Source: Mobula hypostoma
Taxonomy: Eukaryota
Length of the DNA stretch: 64,000 bases
NCBI RefSeq assembly: GCF_963921235.1
Contig: NC_086117.1
Location: 59,086,001 to 59,150,000, forward strand
Direction: 5' to 3'
Shown in pieces: positions 1-12,690 of this stretch. How positions within the stretch are numbered: the first letter of the stretch is position 1; each line of letters opens with the position of its first letter. The translations under genes were made by a program, and so were the position numbers. The notes beneath the pieces were generated by a model, which saw only the letters and a program-made list of their open reading frames with translations, had not been told where the DNA came from and searched no databases.

Positions 1-401
1 CTCATTCTTCAGCATTCCCATTTAGATCTCTTCCCTGCAAATCTTAGCGCTGTCAATGACGAGTTTGATGAAAGGTTTCACCAAGACATTGCGCTCATGA
101 AGAAACAGTATCAGGGCAACAGAAATCCATCTATGCTGGTTGATTATTGTGGACACTTAAGCAAGAAGCCTCAGACACTGAGAACAAACGAAAATAGTCA
201 ACAAAGCAATGTTAGCTTAGTTGAACTATTGCAAAGCATCAGCACTGTTATGAAATTAAAGGTATTATATTCAATAAAAGTTAAGTTCTTGTTTCTCCAA
301 ATTCCAATGTGATACAAGTAATCTGAAATTGTATTTATTTTCACCTTCATGCAGTCTATCATAAAAAAAAACAGTTCAGAGGAAGCAGACGATGTCCAGT
401 G
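1..401 (+). mobile_element. Chapaev3-like (CMC superfamily) DNA transposon, degenerate 3' end
   Basis: 1-160 translates with decay to HSHLD(L)FPANLSAV(N)DE..ERFHQDIALMKKQYQG..NPSMLVDYC, matching the recalled Chapaev3 C-terminal HSHLDFFPxNLGAVSDExGERFHQDI motif. Ends ggaagc...gtccagtg (381-401), roughly the reverse complement of the terminus at 13745. Confidence 0.6.
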
Positions 402-739
402 TTAATACTGCACAATATAAACCATCCTACATCACCAGAATAAAATCTTTACAGGAAACAAATTCATTTATTTATCACAAAGTTCAAAGTAAATGTTATT
501 ATCAAAGTACATATCTGTCACATGTACAACCCTGAGATTCATTTTCCTGTGGGCATACTTAGCCAATCAATAGAATAGTAACTATAACAGGATCACTGAA
601 AGATCAATCAGAGTGCAGAAGACAACAAACTGTGCAAATGCAAATATAAATAAATAGCAATAAATATCGAGAACATGAAATAATACGATAAGGAGTCCTT
701 AAAGTGAGATCATTAGTTGTAGAAACATCTTAATGATGG

Positions 740-1130
740 GCAAGTGAGTGCAGTTATCCCCTTTGTTCAAGAGCCTGATGGTTGAGGGGTAGTACTGTTC
801 TTGAAGCTGGTGGTGTGAGTCCTGAGGCTCTTGTACCTTCTGCCTGATGGCAGCAGTGAGAAAAGAGCATGGCCTGGCTGGTGAGGATCTCTGATGATGG
901 ATGCTGCTTTTCTGCGACAGTGTTTCATGGGGATGTGCTCAATTAGTTGGGAGGGCTTTACCCATGATGCACTGGGCCGAATCCACTACCTTTTGTAGAA
1001 CTTTCCATTCAAAGGCATTGGTGTTCCCATACCAGGCTGTGATGCAGCCAGTCAATACACTCTCCATTACACATCTATATAAGTTTGTCAAAATTTTAGA
1101 TGTCTTGCTGAATCTCTGCAGACTCCACAT
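740..1130 (-). mobile_element. Rex1/Babar-type LINE 3' fragment (DUF1891 region)
   Basis: ORF 939-1148 reads ILTNLYRCVMESVLTGCITAWYGN; family motif (catgctcttttctcactgctgccatcagg...gtaca) on the minus strand. Confidence 0.7.
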
Positions 1131-1735
1131 GAACATCGAAACATACAATGAAATGCGTCATTCGTGTTAACAACCAACACAAGCTAAGGATGAGCTGGGG
1201 GCAGCCCACAAGTGTCGCCAACGTAGCATTCGCACAATGTTCAGTAAAACAACTCAAGCAGCAAAACGAGCCTCTTTCCTCCCTCTCGCTTACTTATACA
1301 CACAGACAGGCCTCCAACCTCATGACAGTCCACCGCTGGAGTCCTTGGACCCAGACTCAGACAACAGACCTTCTAGTCGACAATCGTAACTTCAAAAAAC
1401 AACAACAAAATCTATCTGTCCACTTCTATTGCATTTTCTTTCAATATCTGAAAACAATATTGATGTGGACAGAATGACCTGCCAAACAGGTTTTCCAAAC
1501 CCAATTTCAAATGTCATGCAGCAGAATTTCTTGCAGCCACAGCACAATTAATCCTTTTCCTGTCAAACTACATTTAAATACTGGGACTCTTCCGTTCAGA
1601 CATATTACTGAAGTACTGTAAATGTACAGGGCAGAATTCTGTGTGCAATTGCAAGGACATTTTTAAAATAACAGCAAGACAATTTTTAAAAAGCAGTCTA
1701 AAAGTGAATGATTGTCTTGGAAACACAAACAAAAT

Positions 1736-1860
1736 GATGAAGGGTCTCTGCCCAAAATATCGACTATTTACTTTTTTCCATAGATGTTGCCTGACCCAAC
1801 GTGTTTCTCCAGCATTTTGTGTGTCGCTTGGATTTCCAGCATCTGCAGATTTTCTCTTGG
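1736..1860 (+). mobile_element. Penelope-like terminal fragment with decayed hammerhead core
   Basis: tgatgaagggtctctgcccaaaatatcgac...ccagcatctgcagattttctc, the same family as 31635-31771. Confidence 0.7.
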
Positions 1861-2557
1861 TTGTGATCGTCCTGGACATTTTTTCTTGTGATCGCAAGAT
1901 CCTGTGGGACATTGGTAATGTAGAATACTGCGTCTGGTTCACTGGTTCATTGGCAAGACCGAAGGCAGAGGAGGTGTGTGGCCTCAGTTTTAGTGCGGAC
2001 AGGGCCTCATGCCGCGGGGTCACCTGTAGCAGCCACCCAGGAGAGGAGATGTCGGAAGTAGTGTGGCTTGTCATCCATGCTGGATTGGGGCCTGGCCCCT
2101 CTCTATACAGTGTTCATTCAGTGGAAGACAAGCTAGATTGTGTTCGTCTGCAGGCTGCTGAAGGCTTAGTCTTATCAACAACATCCGTGCACCAATCTAC
2201 AGGACATGACTCTCAGGGACTTGGGCTACATTTTGTTTGGTGTGACTGTAGGTTAACTGCTATCTTATGTGCCCTGTGCTGTGGGTGACTATCAGTACTG
2301 TGGTTTTCACCTTGGGTCTGGAGAAGAGTTGTTTCGTTTGGCAGTATTCATGTATAATTGAATGATAATTAAACTTGAATTTGAAATATAAAAAAATAGA
2401 TAGTGCTTAAAGAGAGCAAGCTAGTGTTGTAGGGTGTATAGACCATTCAGAAAACTGATGACAGTGGGGAAGAAGCTGTTCCTAAAGTGTTAAGTGATCG
2501 TTAACCATCTCTCTTCAGGCTACTGTACTTCCTCCAAAAACTTGAAGAGGTGTGATC

Positions 2558-3062
2558 CACAGTGGTGTAGTGGTTAGCACAACGTTTTACAGTACCAGTG
2601 ACCCGGGTTCAATTCCCATCGCACGGTAGTGTAGTGGTTAGCACAACACTTTACAGTACCAGTGACCCGGGTTCAATTCCCATCGCACGGTAGTGTAGTG
2701 GTTAGCACAACGCTTTACAGTACCAGTGACCCGGGTTCAATTCCCATCACACGGTAGTGTAGTGGTTAGCACAACGCTTTACAGTACCAGTGACCCGGGT
2801 TCAATTCCCATCGCACGGTAGTGTAGTGGTTAGCACAACACTTTACAGTACCAGTGACCCGGGTTCAATTCCCATCACACGGTAGTGTAGCGGTTAGCAC
2901 AACGGTTTACAGTACCCAGTGACCCGGGTTCAATTCCTGCCACTGTCTATAAGCAGTTTGTACGTTCACCCCATGACACAATGATTTTTCCCACGGTCCA
3001 AAGATGCAGTGACAGGTAGGTTAATTGGTCATTGTAAATTGCCCCGTGACTAGGCTAGGGTG
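2558..3062 (+). repeat. V-SINE-type element whose tRNA-derived head is tandemly repeated six times (64-bp unit)
   Basis: Units start at 2558, 2622, 2686, 2750, 2814 and 2878. Each has an A box (TAGTGTAGTGG; one substitution in units 1 and 6) and a B box (GGTTCAATTCC). Only the last unit continues into a SINE body (gtttgtacgttc...ggtaggttaattggtcattgtaaattg). Confidence 0.9.
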
Positions 3063-3424
3063 GCTGGACAGAGCCTATTCTGTGCCATATCTCAATAGAT
3101 AGATAAATTAATAATAAATCTATTCTAAAATTGAGACGCATATAGTGAGGCCATCCGGGATGGTTAAAGCACGCAAAATCACACTCAAAATGGGAAAGGC
3201 TGCCTCTCGTAGCACAGAAAGAGTGGCGGCAGAGAATCAAACATAAACCAGAACAAGAAGTTTCAGTGACAAGGAAACTGAGGGGAAAACAGAGTTTGGG
3301 TTAACTTTTCAACTACAGGCCACTTGTCAATCTGAGAAAGAAAATCCTGAATGAAATCAAAATAATTGTTTGTATTGTTAACTTGATTTTATACTAATGC
3401 ACAGACTATAAATTCAACTCCTGG

Positions 3425-4092
3425 TTTGGAGGTTTGTGTGCCTCAATGACCCGGAGAGCTATGTTGGCTGGAGTCAGGGCTTTATACTTTGGCTCTTGGT
3501 AGGGTCACCCATATAAAACAGGGGCAAAGGGTAGAGGCCAGACTAAAGAGTGGTCCACTAGTCCTCCAGGTTCAGGGGTTCAGCTCAAGGTTAATGATCT
3601 CAGCTCAAAGTTGTTACGAAAACAGCAATGAAGAGTCCTTCGATTCTGTGTGTGACAGTATTCCTGAGTCTTGTAGAAACATCGAAAAGCCTACAGCACA
3701 ATACAGGCCCTTCAACCCATGCTGTTGTGCCAAACATGTACTTACTTTAGAAATTACCTAGGGTTACCCACAGCCCTCTATTTTTCTAGGCTCCATGTGC
3801 CTATCCAAGAGTCTCTTAAAAGACCCCATCATATCCGCCTCCGGTACCATCGCCGGCAGCCCATTCCGCGCACCCCTGACATCTCCTCTGTAAATACTTC
3901 CAACCACCTTAAAACTGTGCCCTCTCACATTAGCCATTTCAGCCTCATCAGTCTCCACCAGGGACTTGCACGACTGGCAGTAGTGAAAACCGAGAGGAAG
4001 CTACTGACACGACAAAGCAAGCTGCGAACAGGACCAGAGACCAGCACCTTCATTGCTGCCCTAAATGCCAACAACGTAATGGGGAGTAAGTA
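3425..4092 (+). mobile_element. Non-autonomous RTE-derived element split by a CR1 3' fragment (~3672-3949, minus)
   Basis: Collinear with the copy at 7445-7810. The insert starts with a CR1 tail (tagaaac..gaaaagcctacagcacaatacaggcc) and is flanked by agtct on both sides. Confidence 0.7.
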
Positions 4093-4989
4093 TAGAACCA
4101 AACTGATCAAAACCTCCAGCATAATTATTGCAGAAATATAATTACATTAATATTGGATTGGCACCTCCTTGCTAAATGAAGTACAAACTTTAATACAATA
4201 CTTCGTATTTCACAAAGTTAATACTGTCAAAATTAGATTTCAGATTTGATTTCCCTAAGAACCAGCATGTTATTAAAAATCCATAAACATTTAGATCAAT
4301 ACAAATTTTATAACATGAATTAGTACTTACAAAACCAAAGTCATGTAATAAAAAAAATCCTGGTTTCCAAATCTTAATAGGCAGAAATAAACGTGTTTGC
4401 CATTTTTGTTAAACACTGAAAATTCTTTTCATCATATTAGCAACAATTTAAAAGCCAGTAGAAAGCTTCCCAATTCTCACCAACTAAAGGCACCTTTCCT
4501 GTGATTAAAAGAATTACAACTCCAATGTCATATCTTCTTATACATCAGTAATATTTGTGTCTGCCTGTATTGCTAAAGATTTTAAAAAGCAATTTGCAAC
4601 AACTGGTATCCAGAGTACTGTCCTTCAACTCAAGGTATCATATAATTCACAGACACACACTCAGTATATCTAAATATATGCATAAGCCACCAGAGATAAC
4701 ATACACATCGCATATTTTTACCATACAACACTCGCACTTTGTGCATACGCAAGACGAGTATATCTCTATGCAGACATGTAGCAGGAAAACACATTTATCA
4801 TGTACATGTCATCATACACTACGCATCGATATACTGTACAACACACTTGCAAACCACATATAATAATCAGTATCGGAAATCTGTGAAATAAATTACGCCC
4901 AGTGCACATTGAAACCTGAGATGTAATTTGCAATGCAATCCGATTTCTCTGTGATATTGTTTGGTGCATAAATACAATGGAGCAGGATC

Positions 4990-5700
4990 AGCAGCAGCGG
5001 GGGCCTGCGGCTCCTGTCAACCCACCACTCTCGTCCCACCTCGCCCCTCTGGCCGCCGCATACCCACCCCTCTTCCCCCGGGACTTACGTGAATGCGAAG
5101 AACAAGGTGGTGGCTCCCACCAGCAAGGCGGCGGCTGTCGAGACCGGGATGTATTTGGTCGGCTTAAATTTCTTTCCACTGGGCATCCTGTAATTCCCAC
5201 ATAGTCCCGAGAGGGAAGGAGAGTGATGGGCCGAGCCGCGCGCAAAACCGACAACTACGGAACGGACTCGCACGGCGAGATGAGCCGGCCGGCAGAGCAC
5301 GGGGACCGGGGGACCGGGGGACTAAGGGGCCGAGGGCCGAGGCCGGGAGGGGGAGGGGCGGGGAAAGAAGCCCCCTAGCAACCGAGCCCGAGCGCGAACA
5401 GGAGGAGGGGTCCGCCGGAGAGGAGGAGGGGCAGCGCGGCTGACGTCAGTCACTCCCGCTCCGCCCCCTCTACCACCTTTTCATTGGACACTACGGAACC
5501 TCCGCCCACCTGCCGGGAAGCCCATCCTAGTTTGCATGAAATTTGCATAGATCAAGGATCCCTCACTCTAATTGGTGGCTCGGTTTCAGGGCGATTGTTT
5601 TCTCATTGGCTGCGCTGAAGAGAGGGGCGGGTCGCGCCCACGCGTCGTGTTCCATTCATGCGGAGTGCGTGGGACCAGCAGCTTCATGTGAAGGGAAGCG
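4990..5700 (-). promoter_or_regulatory. CpG-island promoter of ZDHHC8
   Basis: GC/CpG-rich. Perfect CRE TGACGTCA 5441-5448, GC boxes (5355-5363, 5461-5468), CCAAT boxes on the minus strand (5483-5487, 5571-5575, 5605-5609), octamer ATTTGCAT 5541-5548, RFX-like CCTAGCAAC 5374-5382. Confidence 0.85.
5089..5186 (-). CDS. ZDHHC8: Palmitoyltransferase ZDHHC8, coding part of exon 1 (gene continues beyond the left edge)
   Basis: [32 protein letters not shown](T) matches the ZDHHC5/8 N-terminus; phase-2 donor AC|gtaagt; lies in a CpG island; position downstream of RANBP1 on the same strand matches ZDHHC8 synteny. Confidence 0.88.
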
Positions 5701-7444
5701 TCTGTTCCCCATAAAACGCTTCCAAATTCTCCCATTCAAGTCAGGTATCTCGTTTTCTTTTGAAAGTCGTTATGCTATTAGAGATTTTGCCTTGTCTGAG
5801 GTATTTTTCCTGGATTAAGTGAAATAGTTCATTCGTTGTATGCCGTGGGTGATCATGATCTTTCCATGACCATGATTGTTCTTGGCAAAAGTTTCCACCG
5901 AAGTGGTTTGCCATTGCCGCCTTCTGGGCAAACAGTTAAACAGTGAATGCTTAAACAGAACTCATTAGGCCACGCAGCATCAACGGAGATGAACAGATTG
6001 CCGCAGAACCGTCTGTCTGTTGTGAACAAAATCACCGGAGAGACGCAGCTGGTAACTATATAACGTAGTCTTGTAATCGATACACACACAAATAAGCTGA
6101 CAGTCTTTGGAGTCACTCGAGTGAAAGGCTCAGGGAGAGACTTCCTAATCCCAACATTACAGTACATTTTTATAAGTAAAAGCATAAAGGTAACAGAACG
6201 ATTTCTGTAGTTATAATGCTCTCATAATACTTCTTTTGAGTAAGGTATAGGTTTCAAATGCCTAGATCTTCCCACAAACACACCCAAAAGAAATGTTCAT
6301 TACTGTTGTATACATGCATATGCAGACATCTCAGTCAAGTGTCTCCTGTATGGACAATTTACTCTATGTTGTCTGTTGATTGCATTCATGAATATGCAGA
6401 CATATACCAGTCAATCGGATGTTTCCTGTTCCGAGCTGCATTTTAAATTTAATCTACGATCCATATTCAGATCTAAAGGTTGGTTGCTGAAGTTAATGTT
6501 TGCTGTAAGTCCTAACCCCAACATTCTCCCTAACAAATGCATCTTCCACCACAGTGCTGAGACACAATTAAGAGGAGCAATGGAACCGGCTCAATCCCAA
6601 ACCCTAGAATTTAGCAAAAACTATGAGCACTTTGATCTAAAATGGACTTTGCTTTTTTTTGTTCTAGGCAGAAAGATTGGGCACTTCTTCCTCAGTTCTG
6701 TGTTTCTCTCATTCACTCACTCTCATTGAACTGTGAACTTTCAGTTTTATGATTTTTATATTCTGTGCTTCTGCCCATTCTTGTTGCCATTTGACACAAT
6801 TTTTTTTGGTCTGGGGAGGGTGTTGGGGGGTTTGACAGTCATGTTGCCATTGTTTTTGCACTGGGGGGTTGGTTTTGATATTTTTCTTTGAATGATTTAC
6901 TTGGTTTTCTGTGCTTCGTGGCCATCTGGAGAAGATGAATCTCAGAATTTCATAGTGCATACATACTTTGATGATAAATGAACATTTGAACCTGGCCAGT
7001 ATTTATCTTTCAACTTTCATCTCCTCTTTGACTAACTATTTGTTGGGCCTTTCTGTGCAACTTAGTCTTTGGTGCTCCATACATTAGATTGTAACTGCTA
7101 TTCAGGAGTACTGCGTTGGATACAAACCATTTTCTTAACCCAATTATTTTAGACGCTCGGAGAGGACCTACACCTTGTTGTTGGGTTCGGAGACTTTGAA
7201 TCCAATTTAAGTCTAATTATCATTCAACCATACATGAATACAGCCAGATGAAACAGAGTTCCTCTGGGGGCAGGATGTAAAACATATACAGCACATTAAA
7301 AATAGTGAGCAAAAAAAACCATGTATTGCCCAAGACCCTGAGCAATATGTCCTGCCAATTGAAGGTACGGTCTGCAGCAGAGTGCAGACACCCACAATAC
7401 AGTCTGTCATTCCACCAATCGAACACTGGAGGGCAGCACTAATG

Positions 7445-7810
7445 GTGCCTTGATGACTCAGGGAGCTATGTTGGCTTTATGCTTTGGCTTTTGGTAGGGT
7501 CACCTGTACCAAACAGGTCAAAGGGTAGAGGCCAGATAAAGAGTGGTCCACCAGTTCTCCAGGTTCAAGGGTTCAGCTCAGGGCTAGCAACCCTAACTGA
7601 TCAAAAACAAAGTTGTTACAGAAACAGCAATGAAGAATCCTTCTACACCTGAGTGCGATGCTATTCCTGAGTCTCCACCTGGGACTTGCATGACTGAGAG
7701 TGGCGTAAACCAAGAGGAAGCTCTTGATGAGGGAAGCCCGGAGCACTGCCAGAGATGAAGGTCCTTCACTGCTGCCCTAAATGCCAGTGCATTACAGGCA
7801 GTAAGTAAGT
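7445..7810 (+). mobile_element. Non-autonomous RTE-derived element
   Basis: Same family as 3425-4092 and 48405-48595; its 3' end (gagatgaaggtccttcactgctgccctaaatgcc...gtaagtaagt) matches the end of the RTE fragment at 41215-41260. Confidence 0.7.
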
Positions 7811-8482
7811 TATTTTAGAAAGAAAATGTGCAAATATATTCTATAGGGGAAACTCGTTTAGTTATCACAACATATAAGACCATAAGATTATAAGATATAG
7901 GAGCAAAATTAGGCCATTTGGCCCATCGAATCTACTCCACTATTTCATTATAGCTGATCTATTTCCCTCTCAGCCCCAGTCTCCTGCCTTCTCCCTGTAC
8001 CCCTTCATTGCCTGACTAATCAAGAACCTATCAACCTCTGCCTTAAGTATATCCAATGACTTGGCCTCCACAGCCACCTTTGGCAACAAATTCCACAGAT
8101 TCACTTCTCTGTGGCTAAAGAAATTCCTCCTCATCTCTGTTCTAAAAGCACACCCTTCTATTCTGAGGCTGTTTTCTCTGGTCTTAGATTCCCCTGCCCC
8201 CCCACAGGAAATATCCTCCCACATCCACTCTATTGAGAACTTTCAGCGATCCATAGGTCTCAGTGAGGCCACCCCTCATTCTTCTGAATTCCAGTGAGTT
8301 CAGGCCCAGAGCCATCAAACACTCTTCATGTGACAAGCCTTTCAATCCCAGAATCATTTTTGTGAACCTCCTTTTAATATCACATCTTTTCTTAGACAAG
8401 GGACCCAAAACTGTTCACAATACTCCAAGTGAGACCTCACCAGTGCTTTATAAAGCCTCAACATTATATCCTTGCTCTTATA

Positions 8483-11400
8483 CAGGTTGACCACTGATTT
8501 TCCAGCACCCTTGGCTCCTGAGCCTTGCCAGCTTAAAAGAGGTCATGCGATATTAATGGCAAAAATGGACTGTAGAATCTTGAAAAGGATTATTTTACTA
8601 AACAAAATTTAAATGTAAATTTATTAATTACTGTGCTTACAAAGAACGTTGCTTCTCAGTTATCTTTTTAAACATTCCATCCCAGCAAAGTTGTCTCATG
8701 TGTTTTGATCTCTCCCTGTCTAATTTTTCTTGCATCAAATAAAAATTCATTAGCTCTTGTTCCATCACAAAGGTACATTTCTCTAACCTGTTGATTAAAT
8801 CAGTTACGGTGTTTTTAATCAGCATTCAGAACTCTGTCTATAATTTCCAAGTCTGTAAGGTGATGCACAACAGGTGTTTCCTCGTCGACAACTATCCACT
8901 CATGTAGATTTTCTTCATTAAGACTACTAGCTATATCTTTGAAAGCATGTCCAGTAACATCTTTTGCATACACAAGCAAATCATAGAAACATAGAAAACC
9001 TACAGCACAATACAGGCCTTTTGGCCCACAAAGCTGTCTAGAAATTACCTAGGGTTACCCATAGCCCTCTATTTTTCTGAGCTCCATATACCTGTTCAGG
9101 AATCTCTTAAAAGACCCTATCGTATCTGCCTCTACCACCATTGCCGGCAGCCCATTCCCGCACTCACCAATCTCTGCATAAAAAAACTTACCCCTGACAT
9201 CTCCTCTGTACCTACTTCCAAGCACCTTAAAACTGTGGCATCTCATGCTAGCCATTCCAACCCTGGGAAAAAGCCTCTGACTATCCACACGATCAATGCC
9301 TGTCATAATCTTATACACCTCTATCAGGTCACCTCTCATCCTCCGTTGCTCCAAGGAAAAAAGGCCAAGTTCACTCAACCTATTCTCATAAGGCATGCTT
9401 CCCAATCCAGGCAACATCCTCGTAAATCTCCTCTGCACCCTTTCTATGGTTTCCACATCCTTCTGAGCACAGTACTCCAAGCGGGGTCTGACCAGGGTCC
9501 TCTATAGCTGCAACATTACCTCTCAGCTCCTAAACTCAATCCCGTGATTGATGAAGGCCAATGCACCGTATGCTTTGTTAACCACAGAGTCAACCTGCGT
9601 AGCAGCTTTCAGTGTCCTATGGACTCGGACCCCAAGATCCCTCTGATCCTCCACGCTACCAAGGGTCTTACAATTAAGACTATATTCTGCCATCATATTT
9701 GACCGACCAAAATGAACCACCTCACACTTATCTGGGTTGAACTCTATCTGTCACTTCTCAGCCCCATTTTGCATCCTATCAATGCCCCGCTGTAATTTCT
9801 GACAGCCCTCCACACTATCCACAACACCCTCAACCTTTGTTTCATCAGCAAATTTACTAACCCATCCCCCTGCTTCTTCATCCAGGTCATTTATAAAAAT
9901 CACGAAGAGCAGGGGTCCCAGAACAGATCCCTGAGGCACTCCACTGGTGACTGATCTCCATGCAGAATATGACCCATTTACAACCACTCTTTGCTTTCTG
10001 TGGGCAAGCCAGTTCTGGATCTGCAAAGCAATGTCTCCTTGGATCCCATTCCTCCTTACTTTCTCTATAAGCCTTGCATAGGGTACCTTGTCAAATGCCT
10101 TGCTGAAATTCATATGCACTACATCTACTGCTCTACCTTCATCAATATGTTTAGTCACATCCTCAAAAAATTCAATCAGGCTTGTAAAGCACGACCTGCC
10201 TTTGACAAAGCTGTGCTGACTATTCCTAATCATATTATACCTCTCCAAGTGTTCATAAATCCTGCCTCTCAGGATCTTTTCCATTAATTTACCAACCACT
10301 GAAGTAAGATTCACTGGTCTATAATTTCCTGGGCTATCTCTACTCCCTTTCCTGAATAATGGAACAACATCCACAACCCTCCAATCCTCTGGAACCTCTC
10401 CCGTCCCCACTGATGATGCAAAGATCATCGCCAGAGGCTCAGCAATCTCCTCCCTCGCCTCCCACAGTAGCCTGGGGTACATCTCGTCCGATCCCGGCGA
10501 CTTATCCAACTTGATGCTTTCCTAAAGCTCCAGCACATCCTCTTTCTTCATATCTACATGCTCAAGCTTTTCAGTCTGCTGTAAGTCATCCCTACAATCG
10601 CCAAGATCCTTTTCCACCGTCACACTTGATTGGTCCTATTCTCTCACGTCTTATCCTCTTGTTCTTAACATACTTGGGGTTTTCCTTAATCCTGTCTGCT
10701 AAAGCCTTCTCATGGCCCCTTCTGGCTCTCCTAATTTCTTTCTTAAGCTCCTTCCTGCTAGCCTTATAATCTTCTAGACCTCTAACATTACCTAGTTTTT
10801 TGAACCTGTCATAAGCTCTTCTTTTTTTCTTGGCTAGATTTACAACAGCCTTTGTCCACCACAATTCCTGTACCATACCATCCTTTCCCTGTCTCATTGG
10901 AATGTACCTATGCAGAACTCCAGGTAAATATCCCCTGAATATTTGTCACATTTCTTCTGTACATTTCCCTGAGAACATCGGTTCCCAATTTATGCTTCCA
11001 AGTTCCTGCCTGATAGCCTCGTATTTCCCCTTATTCCAATTAAACGCTTTCCTAACTTGTCTGTTCCCATCCCTCTCCAATGCTATGGTAAAGGAGATAG
11101 AATTGTGATCACTATCTCCAAAACCTGCCACTGAGAGATCTGACACCTGACCAGGTTCATTTCCCAATAACAGATCAAGTACAGCCTCTCCTCTTGTAGG
11201 TTTATCTACATATTGTGTCAAGAAACCTTCTTGAATACACCTAACAAACTCCACCCCATGTAAGTCATGAACAACTACTTTCTCCTTTGATACATGAAAT
11301 CCTGTAAAGTCACTGTCAAGCTTTTCCTCAGGCATAACATCAAGGCAGGCCACAACTTGTACCTTTGAGCAATGAACCAAAGAACGTTCTTCATGCTAAA

Positions 11401-12690
11401 TTCTTTAGTAAATGTCTGTACAGAATTGCCAGCATTCACCTCATCTAACATGAAAAGTGAGCAATATTTGGCCTTTAGAGAACGCACTATTCCTTGGTCT
11501 TGGGGGTTGGATAAGCGATGTACAATTTGGTGGTTATTATGCTGTAAAACATCATTCTTACACAGCTTTGGGGTGAGCTGAACAGTTATCCAAAATCAGA
11601 AGAATTTTGCAATCTTCGGGTAGCCCTACAGGTATGCAATATCCTCTGGCTTCTGGCACAAAATATATTTCAAACCACTCTAACATAATCCATCCACTTC
11701 TATTTGCATATGTTATTGGGTAAATTTTATCAACTTTCAAATCCCGAGGGCACTTACTATTTCTGATCACCAGTGGTTTACATCTGTGAGTACCTGCTGT
11801 GTTGGAGCACCCTAAAATGATAACTCTGTCCTTAGATTGTTTGAATCCTGTGGGATCTTCTTCATCTTCTGTTGCTAATGTTTTCCAAGGTGTGCATCGC
11901 CAGTTTCATCTGCATTATGCACCCGCTCAGGACTGAGGGTTTTGTCAGCCATGAGCTTTGCAGATTCGTCCATGGACTCCATAGCTTCTTCATGGTTGAC
12001 AGGCTGTTTTTCTCCACGCGCGTTGTGCATGGTGCTTCTTAAACGTTTGAAGCCATCCTTCACTATAGTCACATGTATGTTCTAATTTCAGTTCTTTATG
12101 GAACAGCTTAGCTTGCTTCATTATCATACTGCCCAACAAGTCGACCCCATCACGCTGACGCTGACAAAACCATCTCTCGTTCATGCTCAGTGCTCTTACC
12201 AACTTTCATAGTCTTTTTTCATGCTCATTTGTTTTAGTGAATCACTGTTTGCATAAAATTGCAAATTATTTTCTCTTTGGTGTTTTGTTAGCGAACCAAT
12301 GCCATATAAGTCACACAGCTCACGCACAGAAACACCTTGGTCCAGTTTTTTCAACATTTCAACATTTCAACATTTCAACATTTTCTTGGATTGATATGGA
12401 CTGATGTTTACTTTTTGACACCACCACTGGTGCTTGCACTTACCTTAGGATCCATAGCTAGGGTTAAATTTATGTAAAATTAGCACAAAATATTGGGACT
12501 ACCACCAACAGGTGTAATGTAAATAATAAAAATAGCATGCTTTTGTCAAAATGAGTCTTGCCACAGATGGCACTGCATGCACTGCACACAGTGCCATCTG
12601 GTGGCCGCCCAGTAAACTACATGTCGTAATTTCATCTGAATTAAAAGACCGTCGAAACCATCAGTTTCTGGAAAATTGGTGGTCAGCCTG
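8483..12690 (-). mobile_element. Tigger/pogo-family DNA transposon (Jerky/TIGD-like transposase, decayed)
   Basis: Terminal inverted repeats (TIRs) caggttgaccactgattttccag / ctggaaaattggtggtcagcctg with TA duplications (8481-82, 12691-92). CENP-B-type HTH (KQAKLFHKELKL..YSEGWLQTFKKHH), DDE motif LLILDNCSAHP, C-terminal remnant 8637-8825. Confidence 0.88.
8982..11260 (-). mobile_element. CR1-clade LINE, 5'-truncated ORF2 (end of endonuclease + RT), nested in the Tigger element
   Basis: ORF 9751-10509 KSPG.DEMYPRLL...NYRPV.LTS...SGVPQGSVLGPLLF.IFINDLD...KFAD; endonuclease remnant PTRGEAVLDL...SDHN; catagaaa tail repeat. Confidence 0.93.

Noticed and set aside
1641-2288. 215-aa ORF
   Set aside because: Chance frame across adjacent repeat fragments (Penelope end plus a LINE-derived element); no coherent domain.
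2558-2945. CRISPR-like array or tRNA gene cluster
   Set aside because: Units are contiguous with no unique spacers and no cas genes, in a eukaryotic context. The 64-bp units lack a complete acceptor stem, and the last one runs into a SINE body.
5187-5300. N-terminal extension of ZDHHC8 in ORF 5085-5300
   Set aside because: Starts at a non-ATG codon in the GC-rich 5' UTR; homology begins at the ATG at 5186.
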